NCBI RefSeq assembly: GCF_009834535.1
Contig: NC_045696.1
Coordinates: 25,174,001 to 25,238,000 of the forward strand
DNA: 64,000 nt
Direction of reading: 5' to 3'
Source of the DNA: Camelus ferus
Taxonomy: Eukaryota
The notes below the pieces were generated by a model. The model ran no database searches and had not been told where the DNA came from. It saw only the letters and a program-made list of their open reading frames with translations. A program made the position numbers and the translations under genes. Of this stretch, positions 51,051-63,099 are shown piece after piece (position 1 is the stretch's first letter; every line of letters begins with the position of its first letter).

Positions 51051-52243
51051 CCTAATTCTCCACCCAAAGTTGTTAGGCAGCTGCGTACACACTCTTGTCA
51101 AACTCCAACCCTCATTTGGGACCCCAACGATTTTTGTACTTCTCTAGGGTGTCTCATGAGCCATAATTACCTCTGAAATGTGTTGCCTTCTATAAAAGGT
51201 GCCATTCCTTTGGCAAGGATACCTTTAATCCATAATTTGCTGACTTAGAAGATTTCACTCATAATTAAATACATGAGGCTGAATAGCTAACCATCGTTTT
51301 ACTCTTTAGAGGGTGTTTGATTTTAAATAAAAAAATCCTGTTCAGCTAAAGTAAGCTTGGAAATATAAATAGAAGCATTACAGATACTGGGTGATGGTAT
51401 TTTATGACAAAAAGAAACTTTCCTTTTAGGGATGTGATCTACTATTCTAGGATTAAAATGATAACTTTTAGAGATGATGTATAGGAAACAGAAACGCCAA
51501 CATGAAAAATAGTTTGGTGCGCAAATGATTGTAGAAAAAGGTTCATTTTAGGCATCCTTTAGAAGCAATGCTTTTTCAAGGTTGTAGGAAAAATACAATA
51601 ATTAGAGGGAGAATAATTAAGTGCTTATCTACGGAAGTTGTATGTCCAAACTCATATACCACAGAGACCTTCAGGAGTGCTTCAGAAATGTAATTTTTGA
51701 AGTGCGTAAATTTATTGCATACTGTTTCATTTCATAATTTAAAGATGCATATCTTTCGGTAGCGTATGAAAGAGATATTAGTCAGCTGCTTATGTGAATT
51801 CAAGGTTACTCTTACCTTTTATTTAATATACTTAAAGGATATTATAGTGGCTGCAAATTAACTGCATTCAGAATTTTGTCTGACTGATAAAAGATAATGA
51901 ATTGCTTTAAGTAAAGCAATGGAAGTAACTACAATTAAGTTCAATTAATAAGAAATTTTATACCTGGTAGATTTATGATTAACTTAAAAATAGATCTCTA
52001 GAAACAAGTTGATGCATTTCATGTTTCTGCAAATTACCTGGCATAACTATGATGGATATATTTTTTAAAAATAATAACTATTGAACTTATTTCTGTCCCA
52101 CTTATAAGTTACCCAGCTAGTCTCTCTTATTATATAAGATCTTTCAATCCTTTCATTCAACTGTAATCAACCAGGTATAATTTTGTGTTCACTATTTTAC
52201 TAACTAATGAAGACACACAAATAAATAGAATATGGCCCTTCTT

Positions 52244-53632
52244 TTTTTTTTTAACATTTTTTATTGATTTATAATCATTTTACAATGTTGTGTCAAATTC
52301 CAGTGTTCAGCACAATTTTTCAGTCATTCATGGACATATACACACTCATTGTCACATTTTTTTCTCTGTGAGTTATCATAACATTTTGTGTATATTTCCC
52401 TGTGCTATAAAGTGTAATCTTGTTTATCTATTCTACAATTTTGAAATCCCAGTCTATCCCTTCCCAACCTCCACCCCCCTGGTAACCACAAGTCTGTATT
52501 CTCTGTCTGTGAGTCTATTTCTGTCCTGTATTTATGCTTTGTTTTTGTTTGTTTGTTTTTGTTTTTGTTTTTTAGATTCCACATATGAGCAATCTCATAC
52601 GGTGTTTTTCTTTCTCTTTCTGGCTTACTTCACTTAGAATGACATTCTCCAGGAGCATCCATGTTGCTGCAAATGGCATTATGTTGTCAGTTTTTATGGC
52701 TGAGTAGTATTCCATTGTATAAATATACCACCTCTTCTTTATCCAGTCACCTGTTGATGGACATTTAGGCTGTTTCCATGTTTTGGCTATTGTAAATAGT
52801 GCTGCTATGAACATTGGGGTGCAGGTGTCATCCTGAAGTAGATTTCCTTCTGGATACAAGCCCAGGAGTGGGATTCCTGGGTCATATGGTAAGTCTATTC
52901 CTAGTCTTTTGAGGAATCTCCACACTGTTTTCCATAGTGGCTGCACCAAACTGCATTCCCACCAGCAGTGTAGGAGGGTTCCCCTTTCTCCACAGCCTCT
53001 CCAGCATTTGTCATTTGTGGATTTTTGAATGACGGCCATTCTGACTGGTGTGAGGTGATACCTCACTGTAGTTTTGATTTGCATTTCTCTGATAATTAGT
53101 GATATTGAGCATTTTTTCATGTGCTTTCTGATCATTTGTATGTCTTCCTTGGAGAATTGCTTGTTTAGGTCTTCTGCCCATTTTTGGATTGGGTTGTTTA
53201 TTTTTTTCTTATTGAGTCGTATGAGCTGCTTATATATTCTGGAGATCAAGCCTTTGTCGGTTTCACTTGCAAAAATTTTCTCCCATTCCATAGGTTTTCT
53301 TCTTGTTTTACTTCTGGTTTCCTTTGCTGTGCAGAAGCTTGTAAGTTTCATTAGGTCCCATTTGTTTATTCTTGCTTTTATTTCTTCTAGGAGTAAATTT
53401 TTGAAATGTATGTCAGATAATGTTTTGCCTATGTTTTCCTCTAGGAGGTTTATTTTATCTTGTCTTATGTTTAAGTCTTTAATCCATTTTGAGTTGATTT
53501 TTGTATATGGTGTAAGGGAGTGTTCTAGCTTCATTGTTTTACATGCTGCTGTCCAGTTTTCCCAACACCATTTGCTGAAGAGACTGTCTTTATTCCATTG
53601 TATATTCTTGCCTCCTTTGTCGAAGATGAGTT
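52244..53632 (-). mobile_element. Young 5'-truncated LINE-1 (~1.39 kb) with 16-bp TSD
   Basis: Identical GAATATGGCCCTTCTT at 52228-52243 and 53633-53648. Short poly(A) (T run 52244-52252), AATAAA (tttatt 52260-52265), ~320-nt 3' UTR, uninterrupted ORF2 C-terminus. Confidence 0.97.
52572..53630 (-). pseudogene. LINE-1 ORF2p C-terminal fragment (352 codons, open to the truncation point; no EN or RT core)
   Basis: [26 protein letters not shown]... upstream of the listed 320-aa [23 protein letters not shown] motif [54 protein letters not shown]; ends LICGI*. Confidence 0.95.
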
Positions 53633-53825
53633 GAATATGGCCCTTCTTGATGAGTTTCCAATTTTATGGAGAAGACAGATGAGAAGAGATGTAAGCATAA
53701 TGGCAAAGAGCTAGTTTTAATTTAGAATTTATATTTGTTCATAAAAAGGACAGTGACTAAGAAGATATAGCAGGGCATTATCAGAGACTAAAATAGGAAT
53801 CTGAAAGTTGAATTAAAAATGTATA

Positions 53826-53968
53826 TAGTCAGCACCCCCTATCTATCCTCAGATGCAGAAAGCCAAATGTACTAGCCATTTTACATGAGACTTGGGTATC
53901 CTCAGATTTTTGGGGGGGGTGGGGGTGGTGCCTAGAACCAGTCCTCCATAGATACCAAGGAGTGACTA
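53826..53968 (-). mobile_element. Short Tigger-derived MITE (MER2-related)
   Basis: TA flanks, degenerate inverted ends tagtc...gacta, and internal ccattttacatgagacttgggtatcctcagattttt...cctagaaccagtcctccatagataccaagg, which is the reverse complement of the MER2 left end. Confidence 0.7.
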
Positions 53969-54368
53969 TATTTAAACTTAAAATCTAATTCTCAAGGGAA
54001 AACTAAAGCCTCAATTTTCTTAGTATTTAGATTGTTTGGTCTTTATTTTGGACCATATACATTTTCCTCTAAATGCTGAAAAAAGTAGACGTAAACTTAA
54101 GTGGTGTCATTTATTAGAAGACAAGATCAGGACTAAACCTGAGTAAATTGTAAGTTTAATAGATTCCTTTACTCTGTGATTAACTCTGGTTCATCTTTAA
54201 AGTTAGTTGTCTGCCTCCTAAGTTTCCCCCTGACCTTTCAGCACTTGCTTTTGTTACTGTATAGTCTTCTCCATTAGGCTGAACTATCCCCCTGTTCTTC
54301 CATGACACCCTCCTGTGTCTTGCATGTCAGGTAACTTGTCAGTCTTTCATGGGCTGCCTCCCCCAAGT

Positions 54369-54868
54369 TGTTGTGGGATTCGGTGGGCTGGTGAGTGAGC
54401 GGTAAAAGAATTTACCAAAGACAAAGGATTAAAATAGGAAAGGATTTTATTAGGTACGCTCCGTAGACACCAGCAGGTCACACAGACGAGGGGTGCCTCT
54501 GTGAGCTCTGAGGGTCAGGTACTGAGGTCTTTCAGGGAGGGCAACCTTTAACTCCTTGAGCTGATGTGACATCAGGCACAACAGTGTTCACAGGGTGCAT
54601 GATCCCCTCATGCACAATTCTCTGACTGGTTGATGTTGAGGTAACAGGGAAGGAAGCGGGTTGTGAAAGCGTAAGGCTAGGGATTTTAGTGGGGGGTCGT
54701 GACCGGTCCTGGTGGCTAGGCTTCTGGTCACTGTGAGGTTGATCATTGTCTAGAGTAGCTTAGCTAAGGCTCGTAGCCATTAAGAAAGGAATATTCTTCA
54801 TTATCTTTAAAGGGCAGCAACTGGACGCTTGAGAGGCCTGGGCGCGGGAATCTGCCAGACCCCACGCA
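54369..54868 (-). mobile_element. ERV1-like solo LTR, relatively young
   Basis: tgttgtggg ... cccacgca short inverted ends; minus-strand AATAAA (tttatt ~54446-54451); GC- and CpG-rich relative to flanks. TSD not clearly resolved. Confidence 0.65.
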
Positions 54869-55107
54869 TGTGACTGGTTCATGTGTTCTTAGGGTGGTCA
54901 GACTTCTTCGGTGGTCTTTGGCTTCCAACAGCAGCTTCCCAAGTAGTGAAGGTGAATGGCGCAGAACTCTCAAGGCCAGTCTTCTTAAGTTAAACAGTGT
55001 CTCCTCCACCACGTTTCTATAGGTCAAAACAAGTCATGAGATGGACACCAATTCACAACTTGATAGAAGGAGATCTAAAGAATGTGTGATTATCTTTAAT
55101 CTACCAT
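54869..55107 (-). mobile_element. MaLR LTR fragment (MLT1H/J-like)
   Basis: tagggtggtcagacttctt...ggtcaaaacaagtcatgag...aaagaatgtgtgattatctttaatctaccata. Confidence 0.6.
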
Positions 55108-55572
55108 AAAGGGGAATGGGAAAGAAATGGATAGAATACGGAGTCCAAAGTTTTAAGAGAGGCTTTGGATTGGCCAAGATATCCTTAAAACCAACTTAAA
55201 ATAAAATCAACTTAAAATAAAAGTAAAATAAATTGGGAGTAAGAGGAAAAGGGGGAAAAACTATTTTAGAAGAATTGATCTAATATAATCTTGAACTGGG
55301 TTTTTAATTAAGTAGGGTTAAGATAATTACAAAGAGAAGTATGGGAAGATAGTTTCTAAAAAAGATATAACTGTTTTACCAATATTACACTATGTCTTTA
55401 CTGTTTGTTTCTGAACTTTACATGATGAAAAGAAAACTGAGAATAATTCAATAGAAAAATTAGATGAGGTAATTTTCAAAAAGATACTTAATTCTGTATT
55501 CTAAGGAAAGGTGTCAATGTTGAGTCATCTTCATATGCTATCTTTAAATAAAATACTAAAATATTTTCTTAA

Positions 55573-55730
55573 TTAATATTTTAAAAAAATTTTTTAATTT
55601 ACTTTTTAGGGAGAGGAGGTCATTAGGTTTACTTATTTGTTTATTTTTTTAGAGAGAGTACTGGGGATTGAACCCAGGACCTTGTGTATGCTAAGCATGC
55701 GCTTTAACATTTGAGCTATTCCTTCCCCCC
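55573..55730 (-). mobile_element. tRNA-Ala-derived camelid SINE (Vic-1 type)
   Basis: Minus strand reads ggggggaaggaatagctcaaatgttaaagcgcatgcttagcatacacaaggtcctgggttcaatccccagtact (tRNA-Ala(AGC)-like head with A and B boxes), then a tail aaataaac..aaacctaatgacctcc and an A-rich end. TSD attttcttaa at 55563-55572 and 55731-55740. Confidence 0.9.
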
Positions 55731-56544
55731 ATTTTCTTAACTTATGAAACAGTGTTTTGCTTGTATTTTACCTTCATCACAGTGTTAAGCAAAAATGTGG
55801 GCAAGCAATGCCCATATAAAAGACTGGCGGAAAACAAATCTTTGGACTCTAAAATCCTAACTTTCCTCTGGCTGAGTTCTCTTCATCTTCAAATCTGAAT
55901 ATTACCAAGCCAGCACAACCCCATTCTTATCTCCATGGCTCAGCTACTCTCCCTTCCTCACTCTAATCACAGTCCTCAATCGTCAGTACAAATAATTCAA
56001 TCATCCTGGCATTTTTCACTGATTTGGCTCTTAAACTGATAATTAATGCACAGTCCTATTTCCCTCTTCCTTGACCAGGAATGTCAAAATATTAACTTCT
56101 TGCAATTCTTTTTTTGGAGTCAATACACTTAATCTTAGAAAGGTTAAAAGAATAGACTCCATTCTATTTTGTAAATATTCTCATTTCCATCTAACAGGAA
56201 GCAACCATACTTCTTAATATTTCATTTTGTTTAAGTATGATAAGTGTTTTAAGTATTTTTTCCAAATCATTTTAATTTAAGTACTTAATGAGGAATCAAA
56301 TGTCATTTATTCAACAGATACTCATTAAGGATCCGTGATACCAACAGTGGGGGCTGTGCATTCCACAAGGACAAAAAAAATGTTAAATTTAAGTCAGATT
56401 TTCAATGACTTCTAAAAATCTTAATATACTTCAAAATAAAAGTAAAGCCAATGTCTTTTGTTATAGCTGACTGCTAAAAAAAAAAAGCTTTTTTTCTGTT
56501 GTATTGCTTTCCTGACAGATTGAATTAAAAGATTATTTCCTGCT

Positions 56545-56880
56545 CAATTTTTAACTTTATTTTTCAGAGGAGTGTTATATTTACAGCACAATTAAGAGGA
56601 AGGTACACAGATTTCCCAGGTACCCTCTTCTCACACACATACATAGCCCCACCCATCAACATACCCCACAAAGTGGTACATTTGTTAACAATTGAACCTA
56701 CATTGACACAGTATAATCACTTAAGGTCGACACATTAGGATTCACTCATGGCATTGCACATTCTGTGGTTTTGGACAAATGCATACTGAAATATATCCAT
56801 CGTTATGGTATCAGAGTGTATTCATTGCCCCCCAAATCCTCCTCACCCCAACTGTTTATCCCCCACTTCCCTACTCATTG
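56545..56880 (-). mobile_element. L1MC1-like 3' end
   Basis: gaggaaggtacacagatttccc...aagtggtacatttgttaacaattgaacctacattgacac...ttctgtggttttggacaaatg. Reverse complement of the family at 30.3-30.7 kb. Confidence 0.8.
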
Positions 56881-58715
56881 CTATTTCTTACATCCAAAAC
56901 CGAGTGTGGACTTACTGTTTGAAGTAGAGTCTCAGAAACATCATATTTTATTCAATCTTGTGATTTTAAATACCAAAAACTACACATCTGCAGAATACAT
57001 AAACTCTAAGTTTTTTTAATTTTAAAATTCTATGATTATGGTAAATATGGGCCAAGTAAAAGCTAGGTATTTCTTTTACCTTGAAAATGTGCTGAGAATT
57101 ATCTAAATGTAAAGTTAAAGTGCATTCGTCCCAAATAACTGTTTGAATTATTATCCAAAATAATATTTGGAATGTAATCCCCTAAAATAGACAGTTCATC
57201 CCAAGCATGAAAGCTTTTAAAGCAAATTCAGCAAACTTTGAGATTCCTTAACAGTAAAGTAACTTTGGGCTAAGAAATTCAATAAAACTATCAAAATTTT
57301 AATTACTTCTCCTCATAAGATGTATCTAAAATCTATTTAGTATCAGATGTGGCCAAATAGTTATCATTAATATTAAGGATGTATTTGAAATAATTTAGGG
57401 ATGATGGAGATTCTTTACATGTAATGCATTAATTTTAAACACATAATGAAATAATTTTAGCATCACGTATGTTTTCTAGGTCCTGAGATTGAGTGTGTGT
57501 GGTGCACTGTGAGCTGGTGTGTGCCCTGTGTCTTGAGGGTGGCAGTGAAGGAATGGGGATGTTGAGGGGCAATTGTCGTATATTTCTAAATATTTTCTCT
57601 TATCTGAAAATTGAGTGAGAAAAACTAAATGTTCTCTAAGGTATCTTAGAGATACAGTTGTAATAATTCTATGCAAAGTTTGGACCAGCTTTTAAAAATC
57701 ATTTACTACCTGTTACTTTATTCTCTCAAATCAGTTTATTATCTGAGTCCCAGCTCAGCCGAGACAAAGGAAAGGATGCCCCTGCTGTGATCTTTAATAG
57801 AAGACTACTTTTGATTCCACTGTCTTCTTGTGCCTCCTTTGTTTTTTAACTTATTTTTATTCAGTCATTTTCTTCTCTCTGGAGGTAAACAAACTGCTTG
57901 CCTCAGGCCTTGATAACTTTGAAAAGCAATCTGAACTTAAAAATCAATTTAATGACATGTTCCTATAGCATTAAGGTCCATTGCTTGCCTACATTTGGCA
58001 AAGTTAAATGAGAAGATGATCTGTTACAACAATTATAAAAGTAAACCTACTCACAGCAAGGAAAGCCCATGGAAGTCCAGAAGGCATTACTATCCATCTC
58101 AGGGCTAAACATCTCTGCATCTTCACCCCACTCCAGAGGCAGTGAGCAGTTAAGGAGGCCTGGGTGTCAGTGCTCACCAGCATTGCTCTGTTCTTCTAAA
58201 TTTGGTGTTCCATAATTTAGTTTATCAGTTCAACACAATGAATCTGGAATGGTTTAAAGACCTGATTTTATAAAATCTGGTAATCCTTTCCTCTTCCTGG
58301 AAGTATGTTTGTTGAATGCAAAGGAAATCAGGACCTTTGGGGAATTCTGAGGCATTGAAGCTGCCAACACATCACTGGTTGCCTGTCCTTGGCTCTGTTC
58401 CCTGTGTTGCGGTGCCATTAATGCAAAGAGCACCAAACATGAAAGCACAGGGGCAGGATAATTGTATCACTTTTGTTTGTTTGTTTTTAAAATTATGACC
58501 TATGTTATCACTAATCCTTCATTTACTGTTTTTCTAAGAAAACAGAAATGTTTGTCTTTTTGGAAAAAGTATCTGTGCTTATTTTGCTTATGACTCTGCT
58601 TTATACATTCTGGGCACCTCAAGTAAATCTCAGCATAGCTAATAAAATATTTCTAATAGACTTTTTCTCATATAAGGATCAGAATGGGCCCTATTTTTGA
58701 TAGTATTATTCAGGA

Positions 58716-58830
58716 TTTTTTTTTTAATTTTGGTGGGGGGAGGTAATTAGGTTTATTTCTTTATTTTAGAGGCGGCCCTGGGGATTGAACCCGGGACCTC
58801 GTGCTCCAGCACTTGTACTATATCCTCCCT
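58716..58830 (-). mobile_element. tRNA-Ala-derived camelid SINE (Vic-1 type), internally deleted
   Basis: Minus strand: agggaggatatagtacaagtgctggagcacgaggtcccgggttcaatccccagggccgcctctaaaataaag..aaacctaattacctcccccc, then poly(A). Confidence 0.85.
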
Positions 58831-58944
58831 ATAATGATGTTTTAGTTTTTAAAACTACATTTTTTCTTGAATAATTTTGGAAATAAGATTATTACTTTCA
58901 AGGACTGCAAACACTTAGTCCAAGGATAAAAGGAATCTCTCCTG

Positions 58945-59086
58945 CTTTGTTGCCAAATGTGTGATCTGCAGAATCAGCCCTATTTTAGCTTTTGCTAGAC
59001 TTTGGAATCCCAGGCCCCAGCCCAGACCTTGGCTTTAACACAGGCCCAGGTCATCCTTCTGCACATGAATATTTGAGAAGCATTGC
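58945..59086. mobile_element. hAT-Charlie MITE (MER5-like)
   Basis: atcccaggccccagcccagacct...tttaacacaggcccaggtcatcctt ctgcacatgaatatttgagaagcattg. Confidence 0.65.
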
Positions 59087-60859
59087 TTTCTAACAGTTCT
59101 TTTGAGTACACACATAATAATTTTTTTTTTTTGATACTGGGCTCTTATTTTTACCTCCAAACCATAGCCTGGATGGTTTTTAGATTTTGTTTAAAGAATG
59201 ATCTATCTTTTTGATAATATGCTCAATACACTCCAGAGGAAAAAAAGTAGAACAATTTTTGCTTCTACAGAATACTTTCTATTTCTTTAATGTATTAACT
59301 AAGAATGTTGCATAATGTTGAGACTGTTAATGTACCCGTCTTGGTAAAAAGGACCTATGATTGAATTCTAATTCCCAAATATATCTGAATTAGGGGGAAA
59401 AAAAATGTGTGGGTGTAGAGAAAACATGAGATATCAGGTGATTACTTTGTGAATGACTTTATCAGCCTACTGAAGGATTCCTTATTATATTTCCTGTTTC
59501 ATTTATAATAACTCAATTTATAAAGATTTGATTTATACACAATTGCTGCAGCACATACAGGGCAGCGAATGGGTTATGACAGCAGCAATTTTTTAGGGGT
59601 TATGACACCAAGAGTAGTTCCATAAATAGACTGCCCAGGGACAGTGCCATGTCTTCCTCCAGGGTCATCCTGAAGCTTGAAGCATTTCTCTGCATAGATC
59701 ATTATATCCTAAGCCCTTTATCTTAGTTTTTCTAAAAGAGATTCATAATAATTTGGAAATAGTACATTTCAGACATTCTCCTTGGAAGACAAGCCGTGAT
59801 GTTTGAAGAAAATTATAAGCTAAATACATTTAATGGTGAATTATTAAAAAAGAAATATTTCATATTCATGAAATACTCAATGTTTATTCTTGTATCCATA
59901 CATTAGTGTTCTAAACCAGAGTTTTATTTGTCTCCTCCATTTGTTGCAATATTTTACTTTAAGTAAATTATATCAATGTCTTAGGAAACCTAAAGACTAT
60001 GGTCTAAACCAGTTTACTATTAGGAAAATTTGATGAGAGCTTCCAGATTTTAATGCTGAAATAAATAACTCACAGGATCCATAAATGAATACTGAACTCA
60101 TTTTTAAAAACCAGAAAATGTCTGGTTATTTTTGTAGATTCTAAATTAAACCTTTTTTTTTCAAACTAAAATTACTAAATGATTCAGTTGATTTTGTATC
60201 AATATATATTATAATTGCAAATGTGAAACAAATGGTAACAAGTGACACTACATTATTCTTTTGTGGGTCACATAAATATCAACATTCGATTAAGTTTCTT
60301 CAGTTTAATCAGTTGCTCTTAATGTGAATCAAATGAAAAGATTACATAGATGGTTGGTATATGTTATAAAATCTGAATTTTAAGTAGAATCAGTAATAGG
60401 AATTGTGTAGGCTAAAATGAAACACAGGTACACACAAATGCTTTCTTTTTAAAAAACTATCCATTTTCTCTGCATTCACATCAGGATTAGCAGTTACTTT
60501 TTGTTTTGTTTTTATCCTAGCTTAACATTATGAAAGAAGTAGGAGGTACTACAAGTTTCTAGAAGGTTTATTTATGAAATGATACTTACAGAGGAACAAT
60601 ACCTAAAAATATCCACCTAAGGCACTTCTATAACTTTAGGTTACAAACATTAATGTAAACAGTTTTCTGGAAAGAAGAAGAAATACCCCAACAGCAGTGG
60701 TACCTGTGTGTGCTGAGACAGAAACAGCCCACGTCTGTGCCCGCACATCAGGAGGCTCCAGCCTTACTTAGCTAATAACCTCGTGGCTGGATGACACCCA
60801 GTGAGATTGCCGCCAACAGCCACCCACCACACCTTTCTCTAGCAATCAAGCCTTCTCCT

Positions 60860-61420
60860 AAAAAGCAAAGAATAATGTTTTCAGGTGTCAGCTTCCCGAT
60901 CTTCTCACACTTCCACCAGTAACTAGCTTATCTGGGTATCCACGCATTCTTACATCTTCCCCTCCAGTCGCTAAAAATGAGGCCCTTCTTTCTGACGGGG
61001 TCCAGTGCACTTGGTGTCTACCGTTCTTGACTCAGTGGCCTCAAAGTTTCTCTCTTCCTATAAATATACATTGCCTTGCATTTCTCTTTCTAAAATTACC
61101 TTACCACAGCACTCCCTTCTAATGTTACAACAATGGTGGTCTACGTCTACTTGAGGCCATAAAGACTAGGAATGACCCATTAATTGTCAAATTAATGACT
61201 GTTTGAGCTTGTCTCACTAGTCCTCCCTGTTTTGCTGCATAAACATTAGCCAGTATCATCTTCTCCCCACGTAGGATCCTTCTGTGTCTCTGCCCCAGCT
61301 CTCCTCCTCTGTATTCCTCTGTATACCCAGGAATGTTCTCTCCATGGCCCTCTTCCTTGCACTTACTTTACACTTTTTCCTCTGTGATCTCACCCTTTTC
61401 TGTGTTATTAACTACTGCAT
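60860..61420 (+). mobile_element. L2 fragment, degraded
   Basis: aatgacccattaattgtcaaattaatgac; cagctctcctcct; tctgtgatctcacc. Confidence 0.45.
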
Positions 61421-61425
61421 TCAGA

Positions 61426-61546
61426 GCACTGCCAACATCCTGATTTCAGACTTCGAGCTTCCAGAACTGTGACACAGTACACTTCTGTTGTTTGAGATCA
61501 CCCAGTTGGTGGTTTTTGGTTATGGCCACCCTAAAACACTAACACA
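61426..61546 (+). mobile_element. MaLR LTR 3' end (MLT1B/C-like)
   Basis: ctgccaacatcctgatttcagacttcgagcttccagaactgtgacac...ttctgttgtttgag...ttatggccaccctaaaacactaacaca. Confidence 0.8.
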
Positions 61547-63099
61547 CCCTCCCTCCTCTATTGAGAATTTAGGTAACTAAATGCAGCACAATCCTCTCAG
61601 TGATACACATAAAGGCCACTTATAACCGTGTCTTACTTACTCTTCGCTTTCTTTGATTACCCTCTTCACTTTCCTTTTCCTATATTTTGCACTGTAAGTG
61701 CAGTCCTGTGAATCTTTTTGTGCCCTCTGCTCTCTCGCCCTTCTGTGGTTTGGCAAACACTGTTCACTTTGTTTGTAATGTCCACTACCCCTTGCTTGAG
61801 AGGTAAACAGCTCTTTATTCTACAAAAGCCGGTTCAGATTTTATTTCTCCTTTGATGACTTCCTTGACCCCATTTCTGCAGTTGCCCATCCATCTGTAGC
61901 TTCATTTACTATCTCCTGCCTGTGCCTGTTATGAGATTGGGGTTTGGGAAGGTGTTTATTTATCTCTGCATCCTTCGCCTCTAACAGTTTCTGGCCTAGA
62001 GCAGTTAGTGACTTTATTATTCAATTTAATTCAACAAACATTTGTGTACTTACATGGTCAAGCAATCTGATTTCAGGTCTAAGAAACAAGGACAAGGCAA
62101 TCTTCCGTATAAGGGTTTGGTACTTAATAACAGATTAAAGCTTATTATAACATATAAACAAAGATGTAACATCACGTGTGGTATTCAAGCAGTGACAAGT
62201 AGTAAAACAGATTAAATCAAAACCAGTATGCCCTTTGTGAACAATACTGAAATTTATTGACTCAGTAGAAGTACTTGACAATTTTAATTTGTTCTTAGCT
62301 ATTCTCTATGCAGGATTCTCAAAAAATGTGGGTCTCCATTAATAAAATACATGCATAGATTTAAGCACTTGTTCAGTGTCAACTGCTAACATTGTAAATG
62401 TTTTATCCAACCTCAGTCCTGGTGGTGCCGAGCATCAGTCAGCCAGGTTGTGGTCTCAGCTTTCGCGCAAAGTTATCAGCTGCAGGTACAGAGTATTCAG
62501 AAGCATCCCTAAGAAAAACAGGGTTTTTTTAAGCTTTAAATTTTTTTAGATTTTTAAAGTAGAAAAATTCTCAAGAATCGTACTATCGGTATTAGATTTT
62601 TAGACATTCCCAGTATATGTAGCTCACAAAGACTAGTAGACTTGAGTGTAAGAGGGTGAGAAGACCACGATTAAGGATGTTTTGACATCTTTAGCCTATT
62701 TCAGATTCTAGAAATTTAATTTCCTGGACGCAAGCTCAATGCAGATCAGCTAGGCTGATGCTTTCTGCAACTGCTGCTGCAACAGCAGGAAATATATTTG
62801 GACCTGCAGTCGTTTAAATGAGTTAGATCTTTGTTTGAAATTTTCAACCTGGAAAGGACTATATAGTTAAATGTAATTACTTGAATGAGGCCAAGCTTGA
62901 TGCAAAGTTGGAAACAGTGCATGGATTACAAATATAAACTATGGTCACATGTCAGAAACACTTGTATCTAAATTGTTTCCTATTCAAAGTTCACGCACAG
63001 ATCACTTGAACAGTAATTCCATTTGAAATGTGGGCACTATTAACAATATATCAATGGTGTTTAATTATTCTTACATATTTCATGATCATAGATTTCCAC

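Noticed and set aside
53074..53634. 186-aa plus-strand ORF
   Set aside because: It is antisense to L1 ORF2. Hydrophobic antisense ORFs are a common by-product of A-rich L1 coding sequence, and there is no independent support.
53912..53930. G-quadruplex-like G run
   Set aside because: A short G expansion inside a Tigger MITE, with no context suggesting function.
55659..55730. tRNA-Ala gene
   Set aside because: The tRNA-like head is mutated and is followed by a SINE tail, an A-rich end and a TSD. It is a SINE, as is the 58716-58830 copy.
61940..62140. Tail-to-tail L2 pair as a possible miRNA hairpin (the miR-28/95/151 mode of origin)
   Set aside because: The sense tail is too decayed to pair with the antisense tail by eye, and no extended stem is visible. 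RNAfold plus small-RNA reads would be needed to revive the idea.
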